Shown one piece after another: positions 7,958 to 17,012 of a DNA stretch of 64,000 bases. Position 1 is the first letter of the stretch; each line of letters begins with the position of its first letter. The notes under the pieces were generated by a model that worked only from the letters and a program-made list of their open reading frames with translations, was not told where the DNA came from and searched no databases. Source of the stretch: an uncultured Clostridia bacterium (GTDB lineage: Bacteria; Bacillota; Clostridia; Christensenellales; UBA1242); assembly GCA_934747385.1 (NCBI GenBank), contig CAKVGK010000001.1, positions 340,107 through 404,106 on the forward strand, in the 5' to 3' direction. A program made the translations under genes and the position numbers.

Positions 7958-9399
7958 TTTTGTCAATCTTAATTGCCATTGTGTTGGCAACCTATTGCAT
8001 TTTGAATTTTTGCGTGTTTAAAAACAATCAAAAATTTAAAGTAATCACAAATAAAGTTTTAAAAATCATGGTTATTGTTTATGTTTGTTTAATGTTGCTT
8101 TCATTGCTTTTGCCAGACGCCTTTGCCCTTTCCCGCTCTGCTGAAGAATTGGCAAATGAAAACATTAATTATGGTTACGCTGTCCTAAGATGGCTTGCCA
8201 TGATTAACTTTGTTGTTCTGCCAATTGCAGTGTTTTACAAAAACAGAACAATAAGAAACATTGCAATCTACTTTGGCATCGCACTGACTATTGCTCAAAT
8301 TTGTTTTTATAGTCATTATATTGCAGACTTCACCTCTGTTGATGGCAGAGGTTTAAATTCCATATCTGTAATTTCACAACCTTTTAAAAATTTCTTAATA
8401 GATAAAACTTTTAGATCCATTTGGTTTGGCTTAATTTTGTTTATTCAATTGTTAGTACCTGTTGTTTTGGCAATTAATGAAAAGCATGTGTTCAACTTTA
8501 AAAGCGGAAAAGAATATTTATATTTCTTCCTCACCCTGCCTTTTATAATTTTATCTGCAACACCAATTTACGCCCCTCAACATTTGTTTGGCTATTCTTC
8601 AATTATATTTGACGCATACAACTGGGTGCATATCTGTTGGTTTTTGGCAGTTATAATTGAAATTATTGCCTTGTACTTTATATTTAGGAAACAAACAGAA
8701 GAAAATAAAATGGTTTTGTTGTTTGTGTTGTCACTGTCGCTGATTATGCAATATCTTCAAATGTTTTCAGCAATCTCAATTAATATTGCAAGACTGCCTT
8801 TCCAACTTTGCAATTTGGGTGCTTTCTTTATTTTGATTTCGCTTATAACAAAAAATAAAAAGTTATTCAATTTTACAGTTATCATTAATGTTATTGGCGT
8901 ATTATTCGCGTTGGCAAGTCCAGACGTTGATGGTGAAGGTTTGTTTTACCTATACAACATGCATTTTATATTTGAACACACCAACGTTTTGGTTGTTCCT
9001 ATTCTCGCTTTAAGTTTTGGCATTTTCCCAAGGTTAGATAAACACGCCTTGTTTGATTGCCTGATTGGTTTTACATTATACTTTGTTTGTGCTTTGTTGC
9101 TTGGCACAATATTCAATGTTATAGCAACAAAAACTGGTAACACTTTTTGGGCTGCAAATTACCTGTTCATGTTTGACGGCGAAAAGGCAGCAAAACTTAT
9201 TCCTTTCACCAAAGCGTTATTTGACATAAAGTTCAATATAGGCAAAGCGGTTGTTTACCCTGTAATTCAGTTGGTCATTTACTTAGTATTTATGCTAATT
9301 TGCACAATTCTATATTTCATCATTAAGTTAATATATTTAATTAAAGATAAAGTATCTGCAAAAAACACAAATTCAACCAACAAAATAATGGAAAATTAA
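7945..9399 (+). CDS. polytopic membrane protein, paralogous C-terminal half to the upstream gene
   Basis: 484 aa with at least 12 hydrophobic segments. It overlaps the upstream gene by 13 nt. Confidence 0.55.
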   Translation: MFYIILSILIAIVLATYCILNFCVFKNNQKFKVITNKVLKIMVIVYVCLMLLSLLLPDAFALSRSAEELANENINYGYAVLRWLAMINFVVLPIAVFYKNRTIRNIAIYFGIALTIAQICFYSHYIADFTSVDGRGLNSISVISQPFKNFLIDKTFRSIWFGLILFIQLLVPVVLAINEKHVFNFKSGKEYLYFFLTLPFIILSATPIYAPQHLFGYSSIIFDAYNWVHICWFLAVIIEIIALYFIFRKQTEENKMVLLFVLSLSLIMQYLQMFSAISINIARLPFQLCNLGAFFILISLITKNKKLFNFTVIINVIGVLFALASPDVDGEGLFYLYNMHFIFEHTNVLVVPILALSFGIFPRLDKHALFDCLIGFTLYFVCALLLGTIFNVIATKTGNTFWAANYLFMFDGEKAAKLIPFTKALFDIKFNIGKAVVYPVIQLVIYLVFMLICTILYFIIKLIYLIKDKVSAKNTNSTNKIMEN

Positions 9400-9411
9400 A
9401 AGAGGTTTAAT

Positions 9412-10008
9412 ATGAAAAGAAAAATTTTAAGATGTTTATGGCTCATTCCTTTGATTGCCGGCATTTGCTTGGGCATTGCAGGAATTTCTAAAATCAATCA
9501 GGCAAAAAATATGTATGTGCCTGAAATGGGTGAACAAGGTTGGTTTGACGCGGCTACCACACAAGATAAAATTGAAAATGTTGGTTTTGTTATGTGTGCT
9601 ATTGGTTTTATGTTTTGCCCTATCATCGCTTTGGCTGTGGGTTTCACCGTTAAAGGCTTAACAACCACACCAGAAGAACAAGCAGAAGCGACCGCAAAAG
9701 AACTTGATAAGAACAAACGTTTCAAGAAAAAGTTGAAAGAACTTGCCGGTGAGGACGCAGCAAAAAAATATAATTACGACGATATTTACACCGACAAAGA
9801 CGAGAACTACGAAGAGGACGAAGACGAGGAGGGTTTGGACTTTGATGAAATTGAAAGCCCATACCCAAGGGTGAAAAAATTGCTTAAATCTGCTTCATCA
9901 TCTTCAAGCAACAAAAGCAAAACAAGATATTGTGAATTTTGTGGAAGCGTGAACAGCGGCAGTGCAACAAAATGCTCTTCTTGTGGTGCAAGTTTCACAA
10001 AAAAATAA
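9412..10008 (+). CDS. membrane protein with acidic linker and C-terminal zinc ribbon
   Basis: 198 aa with two TM helices, the acidic stretch ENYEEDEDEEGLDFDE, and C-terminal CEFCGSVNSGSATKCSSCG (CxxC...CxxC). Confidence 0.5.
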   Translation: MKRKILRCLWLIPLIAGICLGIAGISKINQAKNMYVPEMGEQGWFDAATTQDKIENVGFVMCAIGFMFCPIIALAVGFTVKGLTTTPEEQAEATAKELDKNKRFKKKLKELAGEDAAKKYNYDDIYTDKDENYEEDEDEEGLDFDEIESPYPRVKKLLKSASSSSSNKSKTRYCEFCGSVNSGSATKCSSCGASFTKK

Positions 10009-10028
10009 TTTAAAAATGAATTAGATAT

Positions 10029-10087
10029 AAAAAAATCCCATTAACTTTTCAACAATATTGTTGAATGGTTTAATGAGATTTTTTTCT
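10029..10087. terminator. bidirectional terminator between convergent genes
   Basis: Long hairpin ATCCCATTAA...TTCAACAA-TA-TTGTTGAA...TTAATGAGAT, flanked by an A7 run on the left and a T run on the right. Confidence 0.5.
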
Positions 10088-10090
10088 TTT

Positions 10091-11458
10091 TTAGCAATAT
10101 GTTACTTGTTTTTCAATGTATGGAACAAGTTCGTCCACACTCAAGCGAATTTGTTGCATTGTGTCGCGGTCGCGCACTGTCACAGTGTTGTTTTCAAGAG
10201 TGTCAAAGTCGATGGTTACGCACATTGGAGTGCCAATTTCGTCTTGACGGCGATAGCGTTTGCCAATTGAACCTGCTTCGTCGTAACTAACCATAAAGTG
10301 TTTACTTAGTTCGCGATAAACTTCTTCTGCCTTTTCGCTTAAATTCTTTTGTAAAGGAAGCACTGCAACCTTGTAAGGGGCAAGTGCTGGGTGGAAGTGC
10401 ATAACAACACGGGTTTCACCGTCTTCCAATTTTTGCTCGTCATATGCTTCGCACATAACTGCCAATGTCAATCTGTCTGCACCAATTGAATATTCCACAA
10501 CATTTGGAATGTATTTTTCGTTTGTGTAAGGGTCAAGGTATTGCATTGATTTGCCGCTAAATTCTTGGTGACGAGATAAATCCCAGTCGCCACGGTGGTG
10601 AATGCCATTAAGTTCTTCCCAACCGATTGGGTACAAATATTGAATGTCGCAAGCCGCTTTTGCGTAGTGAGCAAGTTTGTCATGATCGTGATAACGCAAA
10701 TGGTCTTTGTTAAAGCCAAGGCTCAGCAAAAAGTCCATTGCTTTTTGCTTGTAGTCTGCATAAAATTTCATGCTGTCTTCCGGTTTACAGAACCATTGGT
10801 GTTCCATTTGTTCAAACTCAATTGTGCGGAATGTGAAGTTGCCTGGGGTAACCTCGTTGCGGAATGCTTTGCCAATTTGAGCAATGCCAAAAGGCACTTT
10901 TGCACGCATGCTGCGTTGAACGTTGAGGAAGTTTACAAATTCACCCTGCGCAGTTTCTGGGCGGAGGTAAATCAAGTTTTGACTGTCATCTGTCACGCCA
11001 CGAGAAGTTGAAAACATGAGGTTGAAATTGCGAATGTTGGTCCAATCGCATTTTCCGCATTTTGGGCAGCAAACATGGTGCTCTACAATATATTTTTCCA
11101 TTTCCTCATTGCTCATAAGGTCTGGATTGACAGTTCCTTTGCTGTGAGCCTCAATCAAATTGTCCGCACGGTGACGTGTTTTGCAAGACTTGCAGTCCAT
11201 TTTTGGGTCAGAAAAACTTGCGGTGTGTCCACTTGCTTCCCAAACTCTGCTATTCATAAAAATGTCCGCGTCAATGCCAAAACTGTTATGGCTCTCTTGC
11301 ACAAACTTTTTCCACCAAGCGCGTTTAATGTTATTTTTAAGTTCCACGCCAACTGGGCCGTAGTCCCAAGTGTTGGCAAGTCCGTCATAAATGTCGCTGC
11401 CTGGGAAAATGAGCCCCCTAGATTTGCATAAGTTTACTATTTTGTTAAAATCTCCCAT
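10091..11458 (-). CDS. glyQS: glycyl-tRNA synthetase (alpha2 GlyQS type)
   Basis: Start set at ATG 11458 (MGDFNKIVNLCKSRGLIFPGSDIYDGL, RBS AAAGGAG). The longer ORF in the track runs into the T-box terminator. Class II motifs GIAQIGKAFRNE...FRTIEFEQME and SIGADR. Confidence 0.92.
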   Translation of the reverse strand: MGDFNKIVNLCKSRGLIFPGSDIYDGLANTWDYGPVGVELKNNIKRAWWKKFVQESHNSFGIDADIFMNSRVWEASGHTASFSDPKMDCKSCKTRHRADNLIEAHSKGTVNPDLMSNEEMEKYIVEHHVCCPKCGKCDWTNIRNFNLMFSTSRGVTDDSQNLIYLRPETAQGEFVNFLNVQRSMRAKVPFGIAQIGKAFRNEVTPGNFTFRTIEFEQMEHQWFCKPEDSMKFYADYKQKAMDFLLSLGFNKDHLRYHDHDKLAHYAKAACDIQYLYPIGWEELNGIHHRGDWDLSRHQEFSGKSMQYLDPYTNEKYIPNVVEYSIGADRLTLAVMCEAYDEQKLEDGETRVVMHFHPALAPYKVAVLPLQKNLSEKAEEVYRELSKHFMVSYDEAGSIGKRYRRQDEIGTPMCVTIDFDTLENNTVTVRDRDTMQQIRLSVDELVPYIEKQVTYC

Positions 11459-11519
11459 AAAAATCTCCTTTTTGTTTTTAAACCATATTTCAATTTTTTG
11501 TGCGTTTAACTTAGGAATA

Positions 11520-11680
11520 TATAAAAAATCCCTACGCAAAAATTTTGCATAGGGACGATAATTCATACCGCGGTTCCACCCTAATTGGTTAAATACCCTC
11601 TTTAAAACTTGTTTCGTAAGTCAGCCGAGTGCCATTTTAGCACTTCCAAGCAAATCGCCACTTTGCTTATTGGATTAACA
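11520..11680 (-). promoter_or_regulatory. T-box leader (Gly), compact form
   Basis: Minus strand T-box core AATTAGGGTGGAACCGCGG (11586-11568). Terminator TCCCTATGCAAAA/TTTTGCGTAGGGA plus a T run (11555-11523). Candidate GGC specifiers at 11659-11657 and 11633-11631. Confidence 0.8.
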
Positions 11681-11682
11681 CT

Positions 11683-11710
11683 ATTATACTCAATTTTTTT
11701 GAATTGTCAA
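11683..11710 (-). promoter_or_regulatory. sigma-A-like promoter of glyQS
   Basis: Minus strand TTGACA (11710-11705), 16 nt spacer, TATAAT (11688-11683). Confidence 0.5.
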
Positions 11711-11738
11711 ACAAAGATCGCAATTTAATGCAAAATCC

Positions 11739-14700
11739 TTATTCAAATTCAATTGCGTTTTCTGGCATTGTGAACACAACTTGATGGTCTATGTTTGCAT
11801 AGTCCGCAATTTTGTTATAGTACTTTTCCTTAACTTCTTGATTTTGGCAATCGTTAAATACATTGTAATTTGCACGCACAAAGTTTTTAAGTTTTGCCAA
11901 ATATTCAGGCATATTTTGCTTAATTTCCTCAATCCTTGCTTGGGCTGGTTGCTCAAAATCAATGCTTGTTGATTGAAGAAGTGTGTTAAGTTTTTCAGCC
12001 GCTTTAACATTGCCAATCACATTTGCCAAATATTTTATGTCCGCTTCCGCCGTTGTTAACTTGGTTTTTGCAGCTGTTTGGCTCAACAATTTTTCAATGT
12101 CTTTATTAACGTCCAAAACTGAAGCATAGGTCTTCAAATTTTTGAAATTTTCAACCAATTCTTGTGCTTTAATTTGAGTTGCTTGAACAAAGGCTTTCTT
12201 TTTGGTGAACGCGTCAATTTTGGTTTGAGCCATTTCTCGCAACTGAGCAATTTGTTCGTCGTCGCTATCTTTTAAATTGTCTTGCATTGTGGTCAATGCG
12301 TCAATACGGGAATTGATTGAAGCAACATTTTTGCTCATTTCGCTTGCAACTGAGGTTAAATTTTTAATGTTTTTGTCAATAGACGTTTTAGTGCCATAAA
12401 TGATATTTGCGTCAAGTTCGCCTTTCAGTTTAGCGTACTCGTCATTGCCAGTTTGAACAGATTGGTCGCTTGTGTTCAATTGAGAAACCAAGTTTTCTGC
12501 CTTAAAAATTATGGCTTTTTGCTCTGCAATGAAGCGCTTTTTCCATTCGGTTTTTTCCTTGTTTGTGGTTTGAACATTTTTTAACGACAATTTTAATTTT
12601 GCAAGGCAATTTTCAAGTTTTTCAACTTGATGTTCGTCATGATTTAATGCTTTAACAACATAAATTTTGCCAACAATTTCGTCAATCGCCTCTTCAACCT
12701 GCTTCTGATTTTCAATCATCAGTGCTTGCAAAGACTCGGCGTGTTTTTCAAGTTTGTTTGCTTGTTCCAAGGTTAAAGTTCCATCAAACATTGCTTTGAT
12801 TTTTGAAAGTTTTGAGTTGCAACTCTCAACATTGTCGCAAAGCAGGTCAACCATTTGAATAAAATTTTCAACTTCTGCTTGCTCGGCTATTTCAGCTTCA
12901 TTCAACTCGTGTGCTTCAGTTTTAAATTGTTCAAGTCCATCAATGGCGGTTTTTGTGTCGGCTTCAAACGTTTTGAGTGAGTCAACAATATATTTTTCAT
13001 CTTCCGCCGTAAGGTTGGTTTTGTGCAAAATTTTAGATATTTTTTCAACCATTTTATCGCCATCTTCCAAAGGTTGACCTTTTGCTTGTGCCAATTTTTG
13101 GGCTAATCTTTCAATGAGTGAATTATTGTTTGCCTTTTCAACTTCGTCAACTTTTTCTTGTTCCAATTCATCAGTGCGTTTTTCAATCAAGTTTTCTTCT
13201 TTTTTAACTTCTTCAGCCTGTGCAAGTTTTAATTTTTTATTATTAATGTCAAAATGACCTTGCTTTTTGTTTGCTTTGCCTGATTGAAGCATTTTGTCTG
13301 CAAATTCTTTAATTTCTGGGTGTTCTGCGCCCAATTGAGCAACTGAATTGTAAATTCTATGTTTGTAATGAATCAAACCAAGATTATAGTCCACATTCAA
13401 ATTTTTGATGAATGCTTGTTCATTGTCGCCCAACATTGGGTAATCTCTGTATTTGGCAAGCAAATAACCTCTTGAAAGGTTGAGCATTTCCAAACATTGT
13501 TCCCTAACTTTTGTGTTAGGTTTCAAATCTTCGTGAGTCAAAGTGTAGTCGCTAAGCATGACGTCGCGTTCAATGGTGAGTTTGTCAAGTTCGTCTTGAA
13601 GGGCGATTTTTACATTTCCCCTTGCAAACCTAACTTGCCTTGAAAGTTTTTTGATTTTCTTGTTTTTTTCTGCAAGCAATTTTTCATACTTCTTTGCAAG
13701 ATAAGCATTTTGACCATTGATGTCTGCTTTGCCGTCCACCACGTGCAACACGCCAGTGAATTTTTCTTTGTCAAAACTCAGCATGATTTTTTCTTCCAAA
13801 ATGTTGAAATTTTCAAGCATTGTTTCAACTTCATTTTTGTTTAATGAATAATATGCTTGTTTACCATATTGTTTTTTTGCAAATTTTTGACCTTTTTCCC
13901 ATTGAAGTTCAGTCTGCTTTGCAAAAGTGTTTAAATTTTCGTAAAATTGCTCTTGCTGCTTAATTCTGTTGTGATAAAGTGGGTTGTCAATGCTTTTGCT
14001 GATTTTTCGCCTTGAAGTTGCCGAGCGAATGGCATTTGTGACCATAGCAAAAGGAATTGAAGCCACAGACGCTGCTGCAACAATTGGCAGAATTGGCAAG
14101 CCTAAAGTGGTTAAAAAGCCCAAAGGGGTGACCATAAGTTGCAAACTGCCAAGTGCCAATGCTTTTGCATTTTTAATGTAAGTTTTGTTGGCGCGCTTTC
14201 TGTCGTAAGTTACTGCACCTTTAAATTTGCCATCAATCACACTTAAATTGGCTGGAATAAAGTTGTTATAAAAAGCGTTTTCGCTTGCCGAGTCGATTGT
14301 TTCGGCATAGTCTGTCATCTTATATCTTTCTTGTGCGTTGCTCAATTCAACAAGTTCGCCTTGAGAATTGTAAACAGTTTCAACGTTATACTCGCCTTTG
14401 CGATATTTTTCCAAAAACTCTTCTTTAATTTTTGAAGTTTGTTCGTTTTCAATAATTTCATCGCTGTTTCTTGGTTTAAGCACTTGCGCATTGTTGTAAA
14501 CGCTTGATGAATTTTTGCTTGTTTGAACCACGGCACATTGGGAAATTGGCTTGTTAACGCGTTTAAGCGTTCTTGGGTGAGAATTTAAACTGAGATCGTA
14601 AAACCCGTTGCCAACTTTTATTCTAAGTTGATTGCGATTTTTAAATTCAGTTTTCGGAACAACAACTGTATGCTCCCCTGTTGCGTTAACAAAACTGAAC

Positions 14701-15884
14701 AAATAATGTGTGAAATCTGCTTCCGCATAATCATAACACAAAGGTTGAATGTTTGACTCTTCAAAATATCTGCCATCCTTTGTTTTGCGATAACTGCCTG
14801 GAGCAGCAATGTTGTTAGCGTCAAGAGTTGGAGTTGGCTGCATGATGTGATTTGAATAAACTTTTGTTAACTGCTCCACTGTCAATGGTTTTAATTGTAC
14901 AAAATTTTCGCCCACCTTTAAAAACATTTCTTGCCCAACATAAGAAAGATAACCGCCATCTTCCGCAGTTGGCTCGGTTGCGAATGTTGTTTTGTCAATC
15001 GCTGGAGTTTCACCGTTTGCACTGGTGAACAAATCATTAATGCTAACAAAATGAGTTTGTCCGTAACTATCAGTCACATAAATAAACTCGCCCTGCCTTT
15101 CTGCGTCCAATTCAAACCTTTTGGTGTGAGTTTTTCTGGTTGTGCCGTCGTCAGTAAATTCACGAACATTCAAATGGTCTTCAACTGGTGTGAATTCTTT
15201 CCTTCCCAACGCTTTGTGCAAAAGGCTGCTGCCGTTCTGTGCAGAATAAGTTGTTTGATATTCTTCTTGGTCGATTATGGCGTTTTGCTCAAACTTGCCT
15301 TTATCCATTTCCTCAACCTCACGGCTGCCAACATAAAGATTAACACCTTCCAAAGCAGAGCCGTTTTGAATAGCGTTCAAAAGTTCTGGGTCGTGAATGT
15401 CTGCAAGACTGGTGGCAACTCCGTCACGGAAAACAAAAATTTCGCTTGCATTGAATACTCTATATTCCTTGTCCCCTTTAAGGCGAACAAAAACTTTTGT
15501 TTTTTCTAAATAGTCATTTGAACTGGCGGTTTTCAAACCCAAAGTTTGTTTCAAACCATAACTTTGCCTTGCTTTGCCATCTGTTAATTCGGTTGCAACA
15601 GTGTTGGCAGAAATCATCAAATCAGTTTCAATTGAATTGATTTTGCTGCCGTCACTCAAACGAAGATTTTTGGCATTTGAAACCATTTTGTTAAAACTTT
15701 CAGTTGGTCTTGCAACTTCATTGTTAACAAAAATCCTGCGATTATATTCATCACGAAAGTCGGTTAAAGGCACAGTGCGCCTTTCTCCCGATTGCAAATT
15801 AACAGCAACAAAAATACTTTCAAAAGGCTTGCTGCCCAAATCGTTAGTGTTCACAGTTAGTTCATTCGTTAAAATAACCGCCAT
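11739..15884 (-). CDS. large (~1381 aa) protein: N-terminal globular region, central TM hairpin, long C-terminal coiled coil; function unknown
   Basis: Start set at ATG 15884 (MAVILTNELTV, RBS AAGAGGG). No signal peptide. Two adjacent hydrophobic helices (LALGSLQLMVTPLGFLTTLGL and PILPIVAAASVASIPFAMVTNAI) lie near residues 580-630. The last ~750 aa are K/E/Q/L-rich and heptad-like. Confidence 0.7.
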   Translation of the reverse strand: MAVILTNELTVNTNDLGSKPFESIFVAVNLQSGERRTVPLTDFRDEYNRRIFVNNEVARPTESFNKMVSNAKNLRLSDGSKINSIETDLMISANTVATELTDGKARQSYGLKQTLGLKTASSNDYLEKTKVFVRLKGDKEYRVFNASEIFVFRDGVATSLADIHDPELLNAIQNGSALEGVNLYVGSREVEEMDKGKFEQNAIIDQEEYQTTYSAQNGSSLLHKALGRKEFTPVEDHLNVREFTDDGTTRKTHTKRFELDAERQGEFIYVTDSYGQTHFVSINDLFTSANGETPAIDKTTFATEPTAEDGGYLSYVGQEMFLKVGENFVQLKPLTVEQLTKVYSNHIMQPTPTLDANNIAAPGSYRKTKDGRYFEESNIQPLCYDYAEADFTHYLFSFVNATGEHTVVVPKTEFKNRNQLRIKVGNGFYDLSLNSHPRTLKRVNKPISQCAVVQTSKNSSSVYNNAQVLKPRNSDEIIENEQTSKIKEEFLEKYRKGEYNVETVYNSQGELVELSNAQERYKMTDYAETIDSASENAFYNNFIPANLSVIDGKFKGAVTYDRKRANKTYIKNAKALALGSLQLMVTPLGFLTTLGLPILPIVAAASVASIPFAMVTNAIRSATSRRKISKSIDNPLYHNRIKQQEQFYENLNTFAKQTELQWEKGQKFAKKQYGKQAYYSLNKNEVETMLENFNILEEKIMLSFDKEKFTGVLHVVDGKADINGQNAYLAKKYEKLLAEKNKKIKKLSRQVRFARGNVKIALQDELDKLTIERDVMLSDYTLTHEDLKPNTKVREQCLEMLNLSRGYLLAKYRDYPMLGDNEQAFIKNLNVDYNLGLIHYKHRIYNSVAQLGAEHPEIKEFADKMLQSGKANKKQGHFDINNKKLKLAQAEEVKKEENLIEKRTDELEQEKVDEVEKANNNSLIERLAQKLAQAKGQPLEDGDKMVEKISKILHKTNLTAEDEKYIVDSLKTFEADTKTAIDGLEQFKTEAHELNEAEIAEQAEVENFIQMVDLLCDNVESCNSKLSKIKAMFDGTLTLEQANKLEKHAESLQALMIENQKQVEEAIDEIVGKIYVVKALNHDEHQVEKLENCLAKLKLSLKNVQTTNKEKTEWKKRFIAEQKAIIFKAENLVSQLNTSDQSVQTGNDEYAKLKGELDANIIYGTKTSIDKNIKNLTSVASEMSKNVASINSRIDALTTMQDNLKDSDDEQIAQLREMAQTKIDAFTKKKAFVQATQIKAQELVENFKNLKTYASVLDVNKDIEKLLSQTAAKTKLTTAEADIKYLANVIGNVKAAEKLNTLLQSTSIDFEQPAQARIEEIKQNMPEYLAKLKNFVRANYNVFNDCQNQEVKEKYYNKIADYANIDHQVVFTMPENAIEFE

Positions 15885-15993
15885 AATACCCTCTTTTTTT
15901 GATTGTAACACAAAAATATGCAAAAATCAATAAATTGCAAAAACAAACCCAAATTTAAACAATATGGATTTAAGAATTAATTTGAGTTTTTGC

Positions 15994-16022
15994 TTGACGA
16001 AATGATTTTTTTGTTTTATCAT
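15994..16022 (+). promoter_or_regulatory. sigma-A-like promoter of the pheST leader
   Basis: TTGACG (15994-15999), 17 nt spacer, TATCAT (16017-16022). Confidence 0.5.
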
Positions 16023-16029
16023 TTAATTA

Positions 16030-16460
16030 TTGGAAATGCGTTTGCGTTACCAAATCTTAATAAAAACTATGACGGTGTGTTAAGTAACATTTTTGTTCCA
16101 TTTTAGAGAGGTCACCCCTGGGCTGAAAGGTGGCTATGTTAAGCAAAAAGGTGAAGTTCAGCACTTGAGTTGCTTTCCGGTAAAGGCTGAAAAGTTGTTA
16201 AGGAGAGCCAGACAAAACTGTGAAAATGATATGAGGTCACGATTTGCACGACGCTTTGTTAATCATCTAGCTAGCAAAAAGAGCATTCATTCAGGGACCC
16301 CGGCAAGGCTTAATGTAATGGACTTGTTGGGGAGAGGAACAATTGCTCGCTAGGCTTAGATTGCGAAGTTTACAAGCAAGCTAGCAAAAAGAGCAATTGT
16401 GACGAAGTTAGGTGGTACCACGAAACATTCTCGTCCTTAACAATTGGGCGAGTTTTTTTA
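16030..16460 (+). promoter_or_regulatory. T-box leader (Phe), long form
   Basis: AGAGAG (16105-16110) and GGGCTGAAAGG distal-loop-like motif. Candidate specifier GAAG-TTC-A (TTC at 16157-16159). T-box core AGTTAGGTGGTACCACG (16406-16422). Terminator CTCGTCC...GGGCGAG plus T7 (16430-16459). Confidence 0.8.
16298..16332 (+). repeat. copy of the CCCC/GGGG hairpin module inside the T-box leader
   Basis: CCCCGGCAAG-[GCTTAATGTAATGGA]-CTTGTTGGGG. All 10 positions pair, two of them as G-U. The loop is 15 nt. Confidence 0.6.
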
Positions 16461-16477
16461 TTAAAAGGAGAAATATT

Positions 16478-17002
16478 TTGAAAACTTATATTGCGGACAC
16501 AAATATTATTATAGGAATTGTAAATGCGTTGAAACCAAATCAAGGTCAAATGCAAAACAAGAACATTATGGCATTGGCAAAGTTGGTTGAACAGCGAAAA
16601 ATTAGGCTTATGATAACCCCTGCTGTTTACAACGAACTCAAAGCTGGCGAGGCAAAGGACGGCGGTGCAGCAATGGACTTTGTTCAAAATTATTGCTACT
16701 ATCACTACCTTAACGACAACGAGGAAAGAACAGCCAACCAATTGACAATTGGCTACATGACTGGTGAAAATTCTGCAATCGCACAGCGCTCTGGTAAAAA
16801 AACAAATTATATTGACGCAAGAGTTTTGGCAGAAGCCACAATAACTTACAACACAGGCAAATTAAGAATTGCCAAGTTTATAACCAGAAATGTTAAGGAT
16901 TTTGACAATTTAAGCCAAATTGAATATATAGACAAAGCGTTTAATTTAAAATCCATTCCAATCAATTCAAATCAAACAAACAATGTTGAAAAGGGATTAT
17001 AA
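16478..17002 (+). CDS. PIN-domain (VapC-like) ribonuclease, no adjacent antitoxin
   Basis: TTG start at 16478 with RBS AAAGGAG. The track's GTG at 16412 lies inside the T-box core. 174 aa. PIN-like acidic positions: YIADTNIII, VYNELKAGE, YIDARVLAEA, ITRNVKDF. The stop is 10 nt before the pheS ATG. Confidence 0.65.
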   Translation: MKTYIADTNIIIGIVNALKPNQGQMQNKNIMALAKLVEQRKIRLMITPAVYNELKAGEAKDGGAAMDFVQNYCYYHYLNDNEERTANQLTIGYMTGENSAIAQRSGKKTNYIDARVLAEATITYNTGKLRIAKFITRNVKDFDNLSQIEYIDKAFNLKSIPINSNQTNNVEKGL

Positions 17003-17012
17003 GGAGAGAAAT

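Noticed and set aside
16093-16741. ORFs 16093-16353(+) and 16370-16741(-) upstream of and across the PIN gene start
   Set aside because: Both lie in or antisense to the T-box leader (AGAGAG box, T-box core, terminator). The leader RNA explains the region better than an 86-aa or 123-aa protein.
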